DNA from: an uncultured Lentimicrobiaceae bacterium
GTDB taxonomy: Bacteria > Bacteroidota > Bacteroidia > Bacteroidales > F082
DNA length: 64,000 bases
Reading direction: 5' to 3'
Assembly (NCBI GenBank): GCA_964509065.1
Contig: CAZDWA010000002.1
Location: 19,049-83,048 of the forward strand
Made by a program: the position numbers and the translations under genes. Below the pieces are notes generated by a model. It was not told where the DNA came from. It saw only the letters and a program-made list of their open reading frames with translations, and made no database searches. Below are positions 52,186-60,847 of the stretch, one piece after another (within the stretch, counting starts at the first letter, position 1; each line of letters starts with the position of its first letter).

Positions 52186-52876
52186 TGGCAATTTCTTTCA
52201 GCTTGTCCAAATTTAATATTTCAATTGATTTTCCATCAATCGAAATAATATCTTCTGATTCAAACTCCTTGAGTATACGCGTGGTGCTTTCTTTTGTCAT
52301 ATTTGACATTTCCCCCATCTCATGACGTGTGATATTAAGCGTGAAAGCCAAATCTTTAAACACAGTATCACTGAGATAAATCAAGGTGTCGGCCATGCGC
52401 CCATGCATCTGCTTCTGGGTTAAACTGATTAAACGGTCAAAGTTAACCGTGCTATTATTGTTACAATAACGTAATACTGCTTCCGAAAAATCCGGATTGG
52501 AACGAATGACTTTCCGCACATTTTCAGTAGGAATAAAACAGGCAACACTATCTCCAATTGCAGCTACACTATATTGATAACGCATATCCGTAAAAACACC
52601 CGGACCACCAAAAAACTTAAATGGAATCAGGATATCAAGAATAAGATTCTTTTTGTCAATCCCTTCCAAATACAATTTTGCCATCCCATTGATGAGCATT
52701 ATCATATGTGAGGCAGCCGTGCCTTGTTTTATAATGTTTTCTCCGGCATTAAATTGCACTTCAAACCTGCCGTCATTTATCATTTCCAACTCATCATTGC
52801 TAAGCATATTAAACAAGGGCGAACGTTCGTTACAAGTCGCACAGTTTAAACAGTATTCTGACCTTTTGCTAAGCAT
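52175..52876 (-). CDS. Crp/Fnr family transcriptional regulator with a Cys-rich N-terminus
   Basis: 233-aa ORF. The N-terminus contains YCLNCATCNERS. It has a cNMP-like beta-roll and a C-terminal HTH (TRHEMGEMSNMTKESTTRILKEF). Confidence 0.75.
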   Translation of the reverse strand: MLSKRSEYCLNCATCNERSPLFNMLSNDELEMINDGRFEVQFNAGENIIKQGTAASHMIMLINGMAKLYLEGIDKKNLILDILIPFKFFGGPGVFTDMRYQYSVAAIGDSVACFIPTENVRKVIRSNPDFSEAVLRYCNNNSTVNFDRLISLTQKQMHGRMADTLIYLSDTVFKDLAFTLNITRHEMGEMSNMTKESTTRILKEFESEDIISIDGKSIEILNLDKLKEIAIRG

Positions 52877-53055
52877 AATTTGAAGTTGATATTATTATTT
52901 ATCTATAAAGATATTGATTTAAAATACAAAAGTAAGTGATTTATCTTACTTATAAAAAAATTAATTTTCGCCATAAGATGTAGATTTCACATTCTTTTGG
53001 CTTCAATATTTAAACAATTTTCATGCCTTTATGTTTTTGCAAACTCGTATTTACC

Positions 53056-53087
53056 ATCATGAATAAGCGAGTAAGTGAATTAAGCAG
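53056..53087 (+). mobile_element. possible degenerate solo right end of the MITE family (copy D)
   Basis: TCATGAATAAGCGAGTAAGTGAATTAAGCAGG ends with the 12-nt GAATTAAGCAGG terminus and is followed by ATAA, as in copy A. This is only a short match. Confidence 0.3.
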
Positions 53088-53218
53088 GATAAAATCATTG
53101 GTTTCAAGTAAATAAATTGTCATAACAGATAAAAATGGCGATAAATTTTGTTAAAATTTTTATTCATCTGAATTAATCAATTAGGTTTACATCATATTTT
53201 GGAACCTACTGCTGCAAT

Positions 53219-53968
53219 ATGGTTTTTAATAGCTACTTCAAAAAGTCATCAGTTTTCTCGCGCTTTGTTTTTGTATTAAGTTTTTTGTTCATCCTCAATC
53301 AATTACAAGCCCAATCTTTACAAAGCGACATCCATCTTCGGGCAGGATTGTCTCAGCCTATCTTGAAATATGCGTCAACGAATTTATCCGAAGGCGGTTT
53401 CACATCGAGTGGTTTTAGTGGGTCTTTGGCAATAAACAGCTTGATAAACAACAAAATAGGCTTGCATATACAAGGTGGATTACAATTACATCCGTTGGAT
53501 GTGAGCGAGTTAGGCTATGCATTGGTACAAAGTGATCCATTTTTGACTGATGTGTACATACGCTCTGAACCTTATCGTATCATACATTTTACTGCAGGAC
53601 CCGTATATCGCATGAAGCTATTGAAAAACACAAGCTTGGATATGCGCTTGATGGGAGGCATCTTCAACAGTTACAGCCCCTATCAGCTTTATAAACCGGT
53701 TTATTATTTACACGGACCGCCCTATTATGAGATTACCACTTCCCTTTCGCGAACATTTGCATACGGTGGAGGGCTTTCTATCATCCAAAACTTAGGTGGC
53801 TGTTATTATTTGGCACTGGAGACTGATTTTTTATATTCGAAAGCACAGTTTCAGTTTTATGGCTCCGGCGGATTACGTACTGATAGTCAACATATAAGCT
53901 TTATAAATACACATATTTCATTACATATTGTATTGCCAGACATCCAATTGTCCAGGCAGAAAAAATAG
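53219..53968 (+). CDS. hypothetical outer-membrane beta-barrel-like protein
   Basis: 249-aa ORF. The signal peptide is FVFVLSFLFILNQLQAQ. Amphipathic strand patterns are rich in G/Y/S. I recognise no family. Confidence 0.4.
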   Translation: MVFNSYFKKSSVFSRFVFVLSFLFILNQLQAQSLQSDIHLRAGLSQPILKYASTNLSEGGFTSSGFSGSLAINSLINNKIGLHIQGGLQLHPLDVSELGYALVQSDPFLTDVYIRSEPYRIIHFTAGPVYRMKLLKNTSLDMRLMGGIFNSYSPYQLYKPVYYLHGPPYYEITTSLSRTFAYGGGLSIIQNLGGCYYLALETDFLYSKAQFQFYGSGGLRTDSQHISFINTHISLHIVLPDIQLSRQKK

Positions 53969-54032
53969 CACCGCTTCAGATAGTTCATCATGATAAATTG
54001 CATTCGACATATTTTATAATTTTGTAAACTGT

Positions 54033-54671
54033 ATGAAATATTTTCGCTTTATCCTATTTGGTTTCTTTTTTAGTCTATGCACGCTGAGTGTATTGGCTCA
54101 AGACCGCATGTGGGTTGAAGGCGAAATATATACGGCTGACAGCTTGTTGCCCATCAAGAATGTACATGTCATCAGTCGGTTGAACCGACGGGGTACCATT
54201 AGTGATGAGGCAGGGAAATTTAAGCTTCCCGCCCGAACAGTTGACACCATTATGTTTTCTGCCATCGGCTTTCAACGATCCATTATGGCATTTGACAGTA
54301 CGATGACCGCAGATGGGAAAGCTTGGAAAATTTTACTTCGAAAAGATACCATATGGATGGATGAGGTAGTGGTGCGTTCCTTTTATGACTGGCCAACATT
54401 TAAACAGTTGTTTGTCAATATGCAGCCGGTAAAACCCGTGAAGCTAGATAATATTCAAGATGATTTAAAAGATATACTGTTGTATATGGACCCCGCTCCT
54501 ATGACGATAAAAGGTCCTATTCAAGCATTGTATGATATATTCAATGATGCGGCACGGCTGCAGAGGCGCCTGCAGCGTAACAGAAGGGTTTATAACGAAC
54601 AACTAATGAAAGAAGGGCGCTATGACGAATTGATACCCGAAGAGCCCGAGCACGAACGTCAAGCGCCATAA
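54033..54671 (+). CDS. carboxypeptidase-regulatory-like domain protein, function unknown
   Basis: 212-aa ORF with a signal peptide. The N-terminal module is VEGEIYTADSLLPIKNVHVISRLNRRGTISDEAGKFKL...IMFSAIGFQ. Confidence 0.5.
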   Translation: MKYFRFILFGFFFSLCTLSVLAQDRMWVEGEIYTADSLLPIKNVHVISRLNRRGTISDEAGKFKLPARTVDTIMFSAIGFQRSIMAFDSTMTADGKAWKILLRKDTIWMDEVVVRSFYDWPTFKQLFVNMQPVKPVKLDNIQDDLKDILLYMDPAPMTIKGPIQALYDIFNDAARLQRRLQRNRRVYNEQLMKEGRYDELIPEEPEHERQAP

Positions 54672-54674
54672 AGT

Positions 54675-57188
54675 TTAAAGCTTTTTATCAGGATACATCA
54701 TATTCCATTTTCCGGGCTGATTTTTTAGTTCCTTTTCGAACCAAGCCATAATGGTATTATGCCATTCGATACGCTTTTTGTAATCCAAAATATGATGATC
54801 TTCACCGCTAACCAACACCATTTCCACATCCTTACCCAATATTTTTAAAGCTGCATAAAACTGTAAGCTTTCTCCGACAGGAACATTGGTATCCTCCGTT
54901 CCATGCAGCAATAATATGGAGTTTTGAAATTTATCTGCATTAAAAAGCGGGCTGTTTTCTACATAAATATCTTTTCTGTTCCACGGATAGCTTCCTTTAG
55001 TAGCTCCGGCACTGTAGGAATATCCCCAATAACCTTCACCCCAATAGCTTGTGATATCACTAATTCCGGCATGCGAAACAGCAGTTTTGAATATATCGGT
55101 TCGGGTTTGCAGCATCATGGTTGTAAAACCTCCGTAAGAAGCGCCGATACAACCTACATTTTCAGCATCAGCGGAAGGATGCGCAGCTAAAAACTGCTTT
55201 GTTCCTTCAATGATATCATCAATAGCTTCGGCACCCCAGCCATTGACATGCAAAGCAGAAAAATCTTGTCCAAATCCGGTGGCTCCACTCGGCTGCATCA
55301 CATAAACAATATAATCGTTGGCTGCCCAGATATTTTTTGGATAACGTCCTCCAAAAGTACGGTCGGTAGGTGTTGTGCCCCCATAAAAGTTGACAATTAC
55401 CGGATATTTCTTTGCGGGATTATAATCCAATGGATAATACACCCTGCCATAAATTGTCGTACCCGCTTCATTTTCAAAATTCCAGTCTTCAGTAGCTCCA
55501 AATTGAACAGCTTTCAATTGTTGCTCCTTAGGATATAGCAACAAATTGGATTTGCCTGTCGTCAAATCCAATGAATACAGCTTATGCGGGCTGTCAATAC
55601 TGCTTCCGTTAAATGCTGCCAAGGCTTTTGAAGAAGCATAATCAATTGAACTAATTACTTCTTCGGGCACTTCTATCTTGGTGAAATTTCGCTTTTTTAA
55701 ATCCAATTTATACAAATTGACATAATCTTTTTCAACCACTGTCATATACACCAAGCCGTCTTTTGCCCAATATGCATTTCGTATCGCCGGGTCGAAGTCA
55801 CGCGTCAATGCTTCTACCGTTTTATCTTTTAAATCAAATAAATACAACTGTCTGTCGCTTACATTCGGGATTCTCCCTTCGCTCACATTAACTCCCAAAT
55901 CGCCGAAGCTTTCGGGGCTTCCTGATACCAAAAGTTTGTTTCCATCCGCCGAATACTGGCAATAGGCGCCATATCGTTTATCCTGCCAAATGGTGTCGAG
56001 CTGCATGCTTGTCAAATCCATCTCAAACAAATCTTGTGTTGAAAAAGGAATGCCTGTATAGTCGGTTTTTGAGATTGAAAACAATATCTTGCTGCCATCG
56101 GGTTTAATGGCATGCAAGGATGCCGAAAGATTTCCCGCTGTGAGCTGTTGTACATGCTTTGATTTTAAATTATAAGCATATAAGTGCGTGCGATTTCGAT
56201 TATTGGGTATTCTGTCATCATTTGTAAACACCCGTTTCAAATCGCCTGTTTTATCTGCTTTCAGCGTTTTTGAAAACACAAAAAAGCTCTCATCCTCCGC
56301 CCATACAATTCTGCCAGGATTACTTAGTGCTTCTGCCACACGCAACTCCTCGCCTTTTTGTACATCAAACACAAAAATATCAGCCAATTCGCCTTTTTGC
56401 TGTTTATAAAACAGCTTATCGCTGTTTGGAAGCCAAGATGCATACAATGCTGAATTTCGAAGCATCATGATAGTGGCTTTCTTTTCCATATCATAAATAC
56501 GCGAATAACGCTGTGTGATGCCGCTTTCCGCCAGCACTTCCGACATATTCAGCAATAAATATTTACCCGAAGGAGATAAACTTGCCGAGCTTACTGATTC
56601 ACCTTCCAATACATCATGTATCGACAGCTTTCGCTGCGGATTGCTATTCCAGCTGATAAGCGCTTCGGATTCTTTGTCGGCAGTGCTAAGCTCCGCTTTG
56701 AAATAAGCTGAATCATTGACAGCCAACATCCTGATTAGCATATAATTATCGCCATTATCAACGGTTAAATCCGTGAGCACGGCTTTTTGAGAAACTCGGC
56801 TTTGTGTTTTTATCTTTTTTCCATTCAGAGAAACATCAAAAATTGTGTTGGATGAAATGGAGAGGCTCAATTTTGCCCATCGGTCTATCGAAAAGAATCC
56901 GGCAAGTTGTACCAAGCTGTTTTCTTCTTTTATATCATAAAGCAGGCTGTCTTGGTCAAATTGCAGCTCTTTCCAATCGAATATATCATGATAGCTGACA
57001 TGCACCGACTCCAACAAAGAGGCTTGGTCAAAGTCTTTACCGTCAACTGTTTGAATATCGTTAAAGGCAGGTAAATATACTTTTTGCGGATTAGATATTT
57101 TCCATTGATCACAACTGATTGTTTGTTGTGCCATACTAAGCTGTCCGACAACTAATAACAAAAGCAAGAGGCTGAATAGTTTTTTCAT
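54675..57188 (-). CDS. S9 family serine peptidase (prolyl oligopeptidase/dipeptidyl-peptidase type) with N-terminal beta-propeller
   Basis: 837-aa ORF with a signal peptide. The catalytic Ser context is GCIGASYGGF, with LLLHGTEDTNVP (Asp) and GEDHHI (His). Confidence 0.85.
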   Translation of the reverse strand: MKKLFSLLLLLLVVGQLSMAQQTISCDQWKISNPQKVYLPAFNDIQTVDGKDFDQASLLESVHVSYHDIFDWKELQFDQDSLLYDIKEENSLVQLAGFFSIDRWAKLSLSISSNTIFDVSLNGKKIKTQSRVSQKAVLTDLTVDNGDNYMLIRMLAVNDSAYFKAELSTADKESEALISWNSNPQRKLSIHDVLEGESVSSASLSPSGKYLLLNMSEVLAESGITQRYSRIYDMEKKATIMMLRNSALYASWLPNSDKLFYKQQKGELADIFVFDVQKGEELRVAEALSNPGRIVWAEDESFFVFSKTLKADKTGDLKRVFTNDDRIPNNRNRTHLYAYNLKSKHVQQLTAGNLSASLHAIKPDGSKILFSISKTDYTGIPFSTQDLFEMDLTSMQLDTIWQDKRYGAYCQYSADGNKLLVSGSPESFGDLGVNVSEGRIPNVSDRQLYLFDLKDKTVEALTRDFDPAIRNAYWAKDGLVYMTVVEKDYVNLYKLDLKKRNFTKIEVPEEVISSIDYASSKALAAFNGSSIDSPHKLYSLDLTTGKSNLLLYPKEQQLKAVQFGATEDWNFENEAGTTIYGRVYYPLDYNPAKKYPVIVNFYGGTTPTDRTFGGRYPKNIWAANDYIVYVMQPSGATGFGQDFSALHVNGWGAEAIDDIIEGTKQFLAAHPSADAENVGCIGASYGGFTTMMLQTRTDIFKTAVSHAGISDITSYWGEGYWGYSYSAGATKGSYPWNRKDIYVENSPLFNADKFQNSILLLHGTEDTNVPVGESLQFYAALKILGKDVEMVLVSGEDHHILDYKKRIEWHNTIMAWFEKELKNQPGKWNMMYPDKKL

Positions 57189-57392
57189 TTGTTTAAAATT
57201 TTGCTTGGATATAATTTAAGCCCGAAAGTTACATTAAAAGATGCATTCAAATGCGAAAAACCAGTTTTTGGTATACTAAATTCAGCATATGGCTGCAATA
57301 CATCAAACTTAATGTGTAAATCACAGCAACTTAAAAGTAAGAAAGAAAAAATCTGTGTATTAGACCAATTTTAAAGGAAAAAGTTGAGGAAT

Positions 57393-59162
57393 TTATCTGT
57401 GAAACAACAACTGATAATCTTTTTCTTTGGCTTTCTTCCAATATTTTTTAGGCTTTATTTTCCAGTTATCCAGTAATTTAGGAGCAACAAGCTGCTTTTC
57501 TTCAATCCATTTCATCAGATAAAACCGCAAGTCTTTTTCTGTCGAGCTAAGGATTCTTTTGCTGAGCTCAGCTTGTGGAATACCTGCGCCTCGAGTCAAA
57601 TGACCACCTCCTCCATTGGCACGGTATGAATTGACCGCCACCTTGTATTTTTGTTCGAGCTCAAACGGTTTTCCGTTTACAAATCGCTTGATTTTTACTC
57701 TGCTCCCAATGGATTTTCGAACATCTACAGTGTAAATAATGCCGGCTGCCGATTCATAATTATAATATCGCGCTGTCAATTCGGGCGATTGTGTGCGTTC
57801 ACTAAAAATAATTTTTCCACTCTCATCGGTATTAAACCGCAGCAAATGATCCGATTTCTTATGCATTTGATTAAACCATGCCGCATAGGAGTATTCCAAA
57901 TAATCTTGAATCTCCTTCCCGCTCAACTCAATGGTATACAACAAGTTTTCAAAGCTGTACAAATCGAACATATCCTTCACTTGTATGCTTCCTTTTTCAA
58001 TTGTTGCATTAAAAGAAAGCGGTGCGGTAAATGAAATATCCGCATCCGTCAGTTCAAGTTGTATATTATGTATTAAATCCACGAATTTTGAGGGTCCAAA
58101 AAGCGCTTCACGCGAATAAAGTGTTTCTGTAAATTCTCCGATAATACGACCTACATATGCTTTTACTTCCTCCTGCTTTTTTCCGAATTTTGCCATAAAT
58201 TCAGCATCGGGACTATAATCTGCCATGCTTATCAAGCTACCTGCCACAGCAGTTTTAGAATAGCTTTTTCCGCCATCACTCGATTCCAAGTCGATATCGG
58301 CTACCGCCACATTTCTAGCACCCGAAGTAGTTCCTAAAATCAATACGTCTTGGTCATCACTGTTTTTTGTTTCAAAATTCCATCCGCTATGATCATGCCC
58401 CACAAAAACTATATCAAATCCGGGAACTTGCTCCGCAACTAAGCGAGAGGCATTTTCATTTTTATAACCTTCTTTTGTGCCACCACCATACGTATAATCC
58501 ACTCCGGCATGAAATAGCCCTATCATTAAATCGGGTTGCTCGCTTTCCATAATATATGGAACCCACTTTTTAGCCGTTTCTATCATATCTTCAAAATGCA
58601 TTCCGGCATAAAGATTTTCGGGCAACCAGTTTGGGATGGAAGGCGTTACAAGCCCAAGAACTGCTATTTTTACACCTCCCCTTTCCAGCACATGATAAGG
58701 CGCAAAATAGGATTTGTCGTCTGCAGTATGAATGGCATTTGCCGCTAGCCAAGGAAAGTTGATGGTTTCCCTGAATTTATCGTATACCGGATGCCCGGTT
58801 TCCACATCATGGTTGCCAACTGTTGCCACATCATATTGCATGAAATTCATTACCTCGGCATATAAATGCGGCTCGTCAGTTTTTTCAAAATTGAAATAAT
58901 ATACCACAGGGGTGCCCTGAAGTATATCACCATTATCTACTAAAAATACAATCTGACTGGTGTCAGCCCGTTGTTCTTTGATATAGGTTGTTACATGTGC
59001 CAAAGAAGCATTCAGCGGTCGTTCTTTAATGAAATTATACGGGAAAACAGCTCCGTGCACATCAGAAGTTTCAATGATTTTTACATGTTTTGTTTGGGAA
59101 AAGACTGAAAACCAGGCAAAAACAAATAAAACTAAAAAGGAAAGTCGTAGGTTATTCAACAT
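57393..59162 (-). CDS. bifunctional metallophosphatase / 5'-nucleotidase (UshA-like)
   Basis: 589-aa ORF with a signal peptide. Metallophosphoesterase motifs are ETSDVHG, DNGDILQG, GNHDVETG and VGHDHSG. A C-terminal 5'-nucleotidase domain follows. Confidence 0.8.
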   Translation of the reverse strand: MLNNLRLSFLVLFVFAWFSVFSQTKHVKIIETSDVHGAVFPYNFIKERPLNASLAHVTTYIKEQRADTSQIVFLVDNGDILQGTPVVYYFNFEKTDEPHLYAEVMNFMQYDVATVGNHDVETGHPVYDKFRETINFPWLAANAIHTADDKSYFAPYHVLERGGVKIAVLGLVTPSIPNWLPENLYAGMHFEDMIETAKKWVPYIMESEQPDLMIGLFHAGVDYTYGGGTKEGYKNENASRLVAEQVPGFDIVFVGHDHSGWNFETKNSDDQDVLILGTTSGARNVAVADIDLESSDGGKSYSKTAVAGSLISMADYSPDAEFMAKFGKKQEEVKAYVGRIIGEFTETLYSREALFGPSKFVDLIHNIQLELTDADISFTAPLSFNATIEKGSIQVKDMFDLYSFENLLYTIELSGKEIQDYLEYSYAAWFNQMHKKSDHLLRFNTDESGKIIFSERTQSPELTARYYNYESAAGIIYTVDVRKSIGSRVKIKRFVNGKPFELEQKYKVAVNSYRANGGGGHLTRGAGIPQAELSKRILSSTEKDLRFYLMKWIEEKQLVAPKLLDNWKIKPKKYWKKAKEKDYQLLFHR

Positions 59163-59236
59163 TATATTTGGATTTTAAACTGCAAAAATAAGATTATGTA
59201 GTGTATTTCAGTCAGTTCACGCCGAATCAATCTTAA

Positions 59237-59463
59237 CCTGCATAATTCACCAATTCATAAGCTTGTCAATCTAATTTAATCGTAATAAGCTTATAATCAT
59301 TTCGTTAGCAGAGTTTAGAAGTGACTTAAGCAAGTCTTTATTATAAAATGAATTTTGATTTAATTTTGCAATTTTTACGTTATGAGCTGTTCGCAGTAGT
59401 TTACTACAGCTTCACAGCTCACGCCTGAAAATTCCTCAAAATTAAATTCATGAATTAAGCAGG
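59237..59463 (+). mobile_element. MITE-like element, full copy E (227 bp)
   Basis: It has the same termini as copy A. The flanks are TTAA (59233-59236) and CTAA (59464-59467). Its right end supplies the last codons and the stop of the gene at 59448..59903. Confidence 0.75.
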
Positions 59464-59903
59464 CTAAATTTAATGCCGGCTATAAAAAACATCAAAGCGG
59501 AAATAAAGAGCGATGAACCCAACACCATATAAAAAAGCCCTTGCAGATAAAATGGGATTAATTCAAACTTTAACAAGAGTATTCCCATGCTTATCATAAG
59601 GAGAATGAGCAAATAACTTTTCCAACCAAAAAACGCAAACAGACAAGGTTTATCAGTCGGCAAATCAATAATACGTTGTATATATCTTTTGCTGATTTTG
59701 TAAAACAGAAACCGAAAGAAAAGGGCTGTACCGCCAATCCCCCATACAATCAGCAGCCATAAGGACCATTGGACTCCAGCCAAAAAACTAATTGCCAGCT
59801 TCCATACCCGAAAGGCTGCATATGCCCACACAAAAGCGCCAATAAAAAAGAGCAGTCGCTTGGGCAGGGCGGGTTTACAATTTTCAATAAACTTATTCAT
59901 CAA
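59448..59903 (-). CDS. hypothetical 4-TM membrane protein whose C-terminus is encoded by the MITE terminus
   Basis: 151-aa ORF with four hydrophobic segments. The final ...SLLNS* codons are read from CCTGCTTAATTCATGA, which is the element's right terminal repeat. Confidence 0.5.
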   Translation of the reverse strand: MMNKFIENCKPALPKRLLFFIGAFVWAYAAFRVWKLAISFLAGVQWSLWLLIVWGIGGTALFFRFLFYKISKRYIQRIIDLPTDKPCLFAFFGWKSYLLILLMISMGILLLKFELIPFYLQGLFYMVLGSSLFISALMFFIAGIKFSLLNS

Positions 59904-60026
59904 CTTTTAGTCACAAGCATTTTTATTGTGAATTCAAATAATCCTCACAATCATAAGTTCCACAAACTTAGAAGGCTATCATTTAGCCTTTTCATAACTA
60001 TTCAAGCGGTCTTGCTTAAAGTTATC

Positions 60027-60824
60027 TTATAAATCAAGGCTCATGCTGAGCAGTTCGGCAATATCGAAATTACGCATCCGCTCTTCCTGATTTGTATATT
60101 TAATTCCGTCCGTAAGCATTACCATGCAAAAAGGACATGCCGTGGCAATGATATCGGCTCCGGTAGCTATTGCTTCTTCGGTACGTTCAATGAATATTTC
60201 CTTGTCTCCTTTTTCGGCTTCTTTAAACATTTGTCCGCCACCCGCACCGCAACATAATGCACGGCTTTTGTTACGTGGCATTTCCACTTTTTGAGAAGTG
60301 ATACGATTTAATATATTCCTAGACGATTCATAGTCATTATTCGCACGACCTAAATAGCAAGGATCATGAAACACAATGGTATTGTCCTTAAATAAATCCG
60401 ATTTCAGTTCAATTTTTTGCTCATCCATCAGTTTTTGCAAAAAGCGTGTATGATTCCACACTTCATAGTTTCCGCCCAGGTCGGGATATTCATTTTTAAA
60501 TGTGTTATAGTCATGTGGATCACACGTAACAATCTTTTTGACTTCATACATATCAAAAATCTGAATATTAGTCAATGCCTGCATTTGAAACAGCATTTCA
60601 TTACCTGCTCTTCGTGCAATATCACCGCTATCGGATTCTTCTGTTCCAAGGACGGCATAATCAACTTTAAAATAGGTGAGCAGCTGCACAAAGGCACGTG
60701 TCACCCTTTTATATCTATCGTCAAAAGCACCTGCCGAGCCCACCCAAAAAAGCCATTCGGGCTGCTTGCCTTGCGCAAACAATTCGGCAATTATCGGAAC
60801 TTCAATTTTTATTTTTTCACTCAT
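60027..60824 (-). CDS. cysteine-rich (CCG) domain protein, HdrD/GlpC C-terminal-half-like
   Basis: The track ORF starts at 60908; I prefer ATG 60824 (MSEKIKIEV), 24 nt after the upstream stop. The CCG-type motifs are VTCDPHD, HDPCYLGR, RALCCGAGGG and ATACPFC. Confidence 0.75.
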   Translation of the reverse strand: MSEKIKIEVPIIAELFAQGKQPEWLFWVGSAGAFDDRYKRVTRAFVQLLTYFKVDYAVLGTEESDSGDIARRAGNEMLFQMQALTNIQIFDMYEVKKIVTCDPHDYNTFKNEYPDLGGNYEVWNHTRFLQKLMDEQKIELKSDLFKDNTIVFHDPCYLGRANNDYESSRNILNRITSQKVEMPRNKSRALCCGAGGGQMFKEAEKGDKEIFIERTEEAIATGADIIATACPFCMVMLTDGIKYTNQEERMRNFDIAELLSMSLDL

Positions 60825-60847
60825 GCTAATCTGTTTTTTTGGGGTTG

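Noticed and set aside
38897-59463. Whether the dispersed repeats could be a CRISPR array.
   Set aside because: The repeats are about 227 bp long and kilobases apart. Each is bounded by inverted termini and target duplications, and no cas genes are present. This is not CRISPR architecture.
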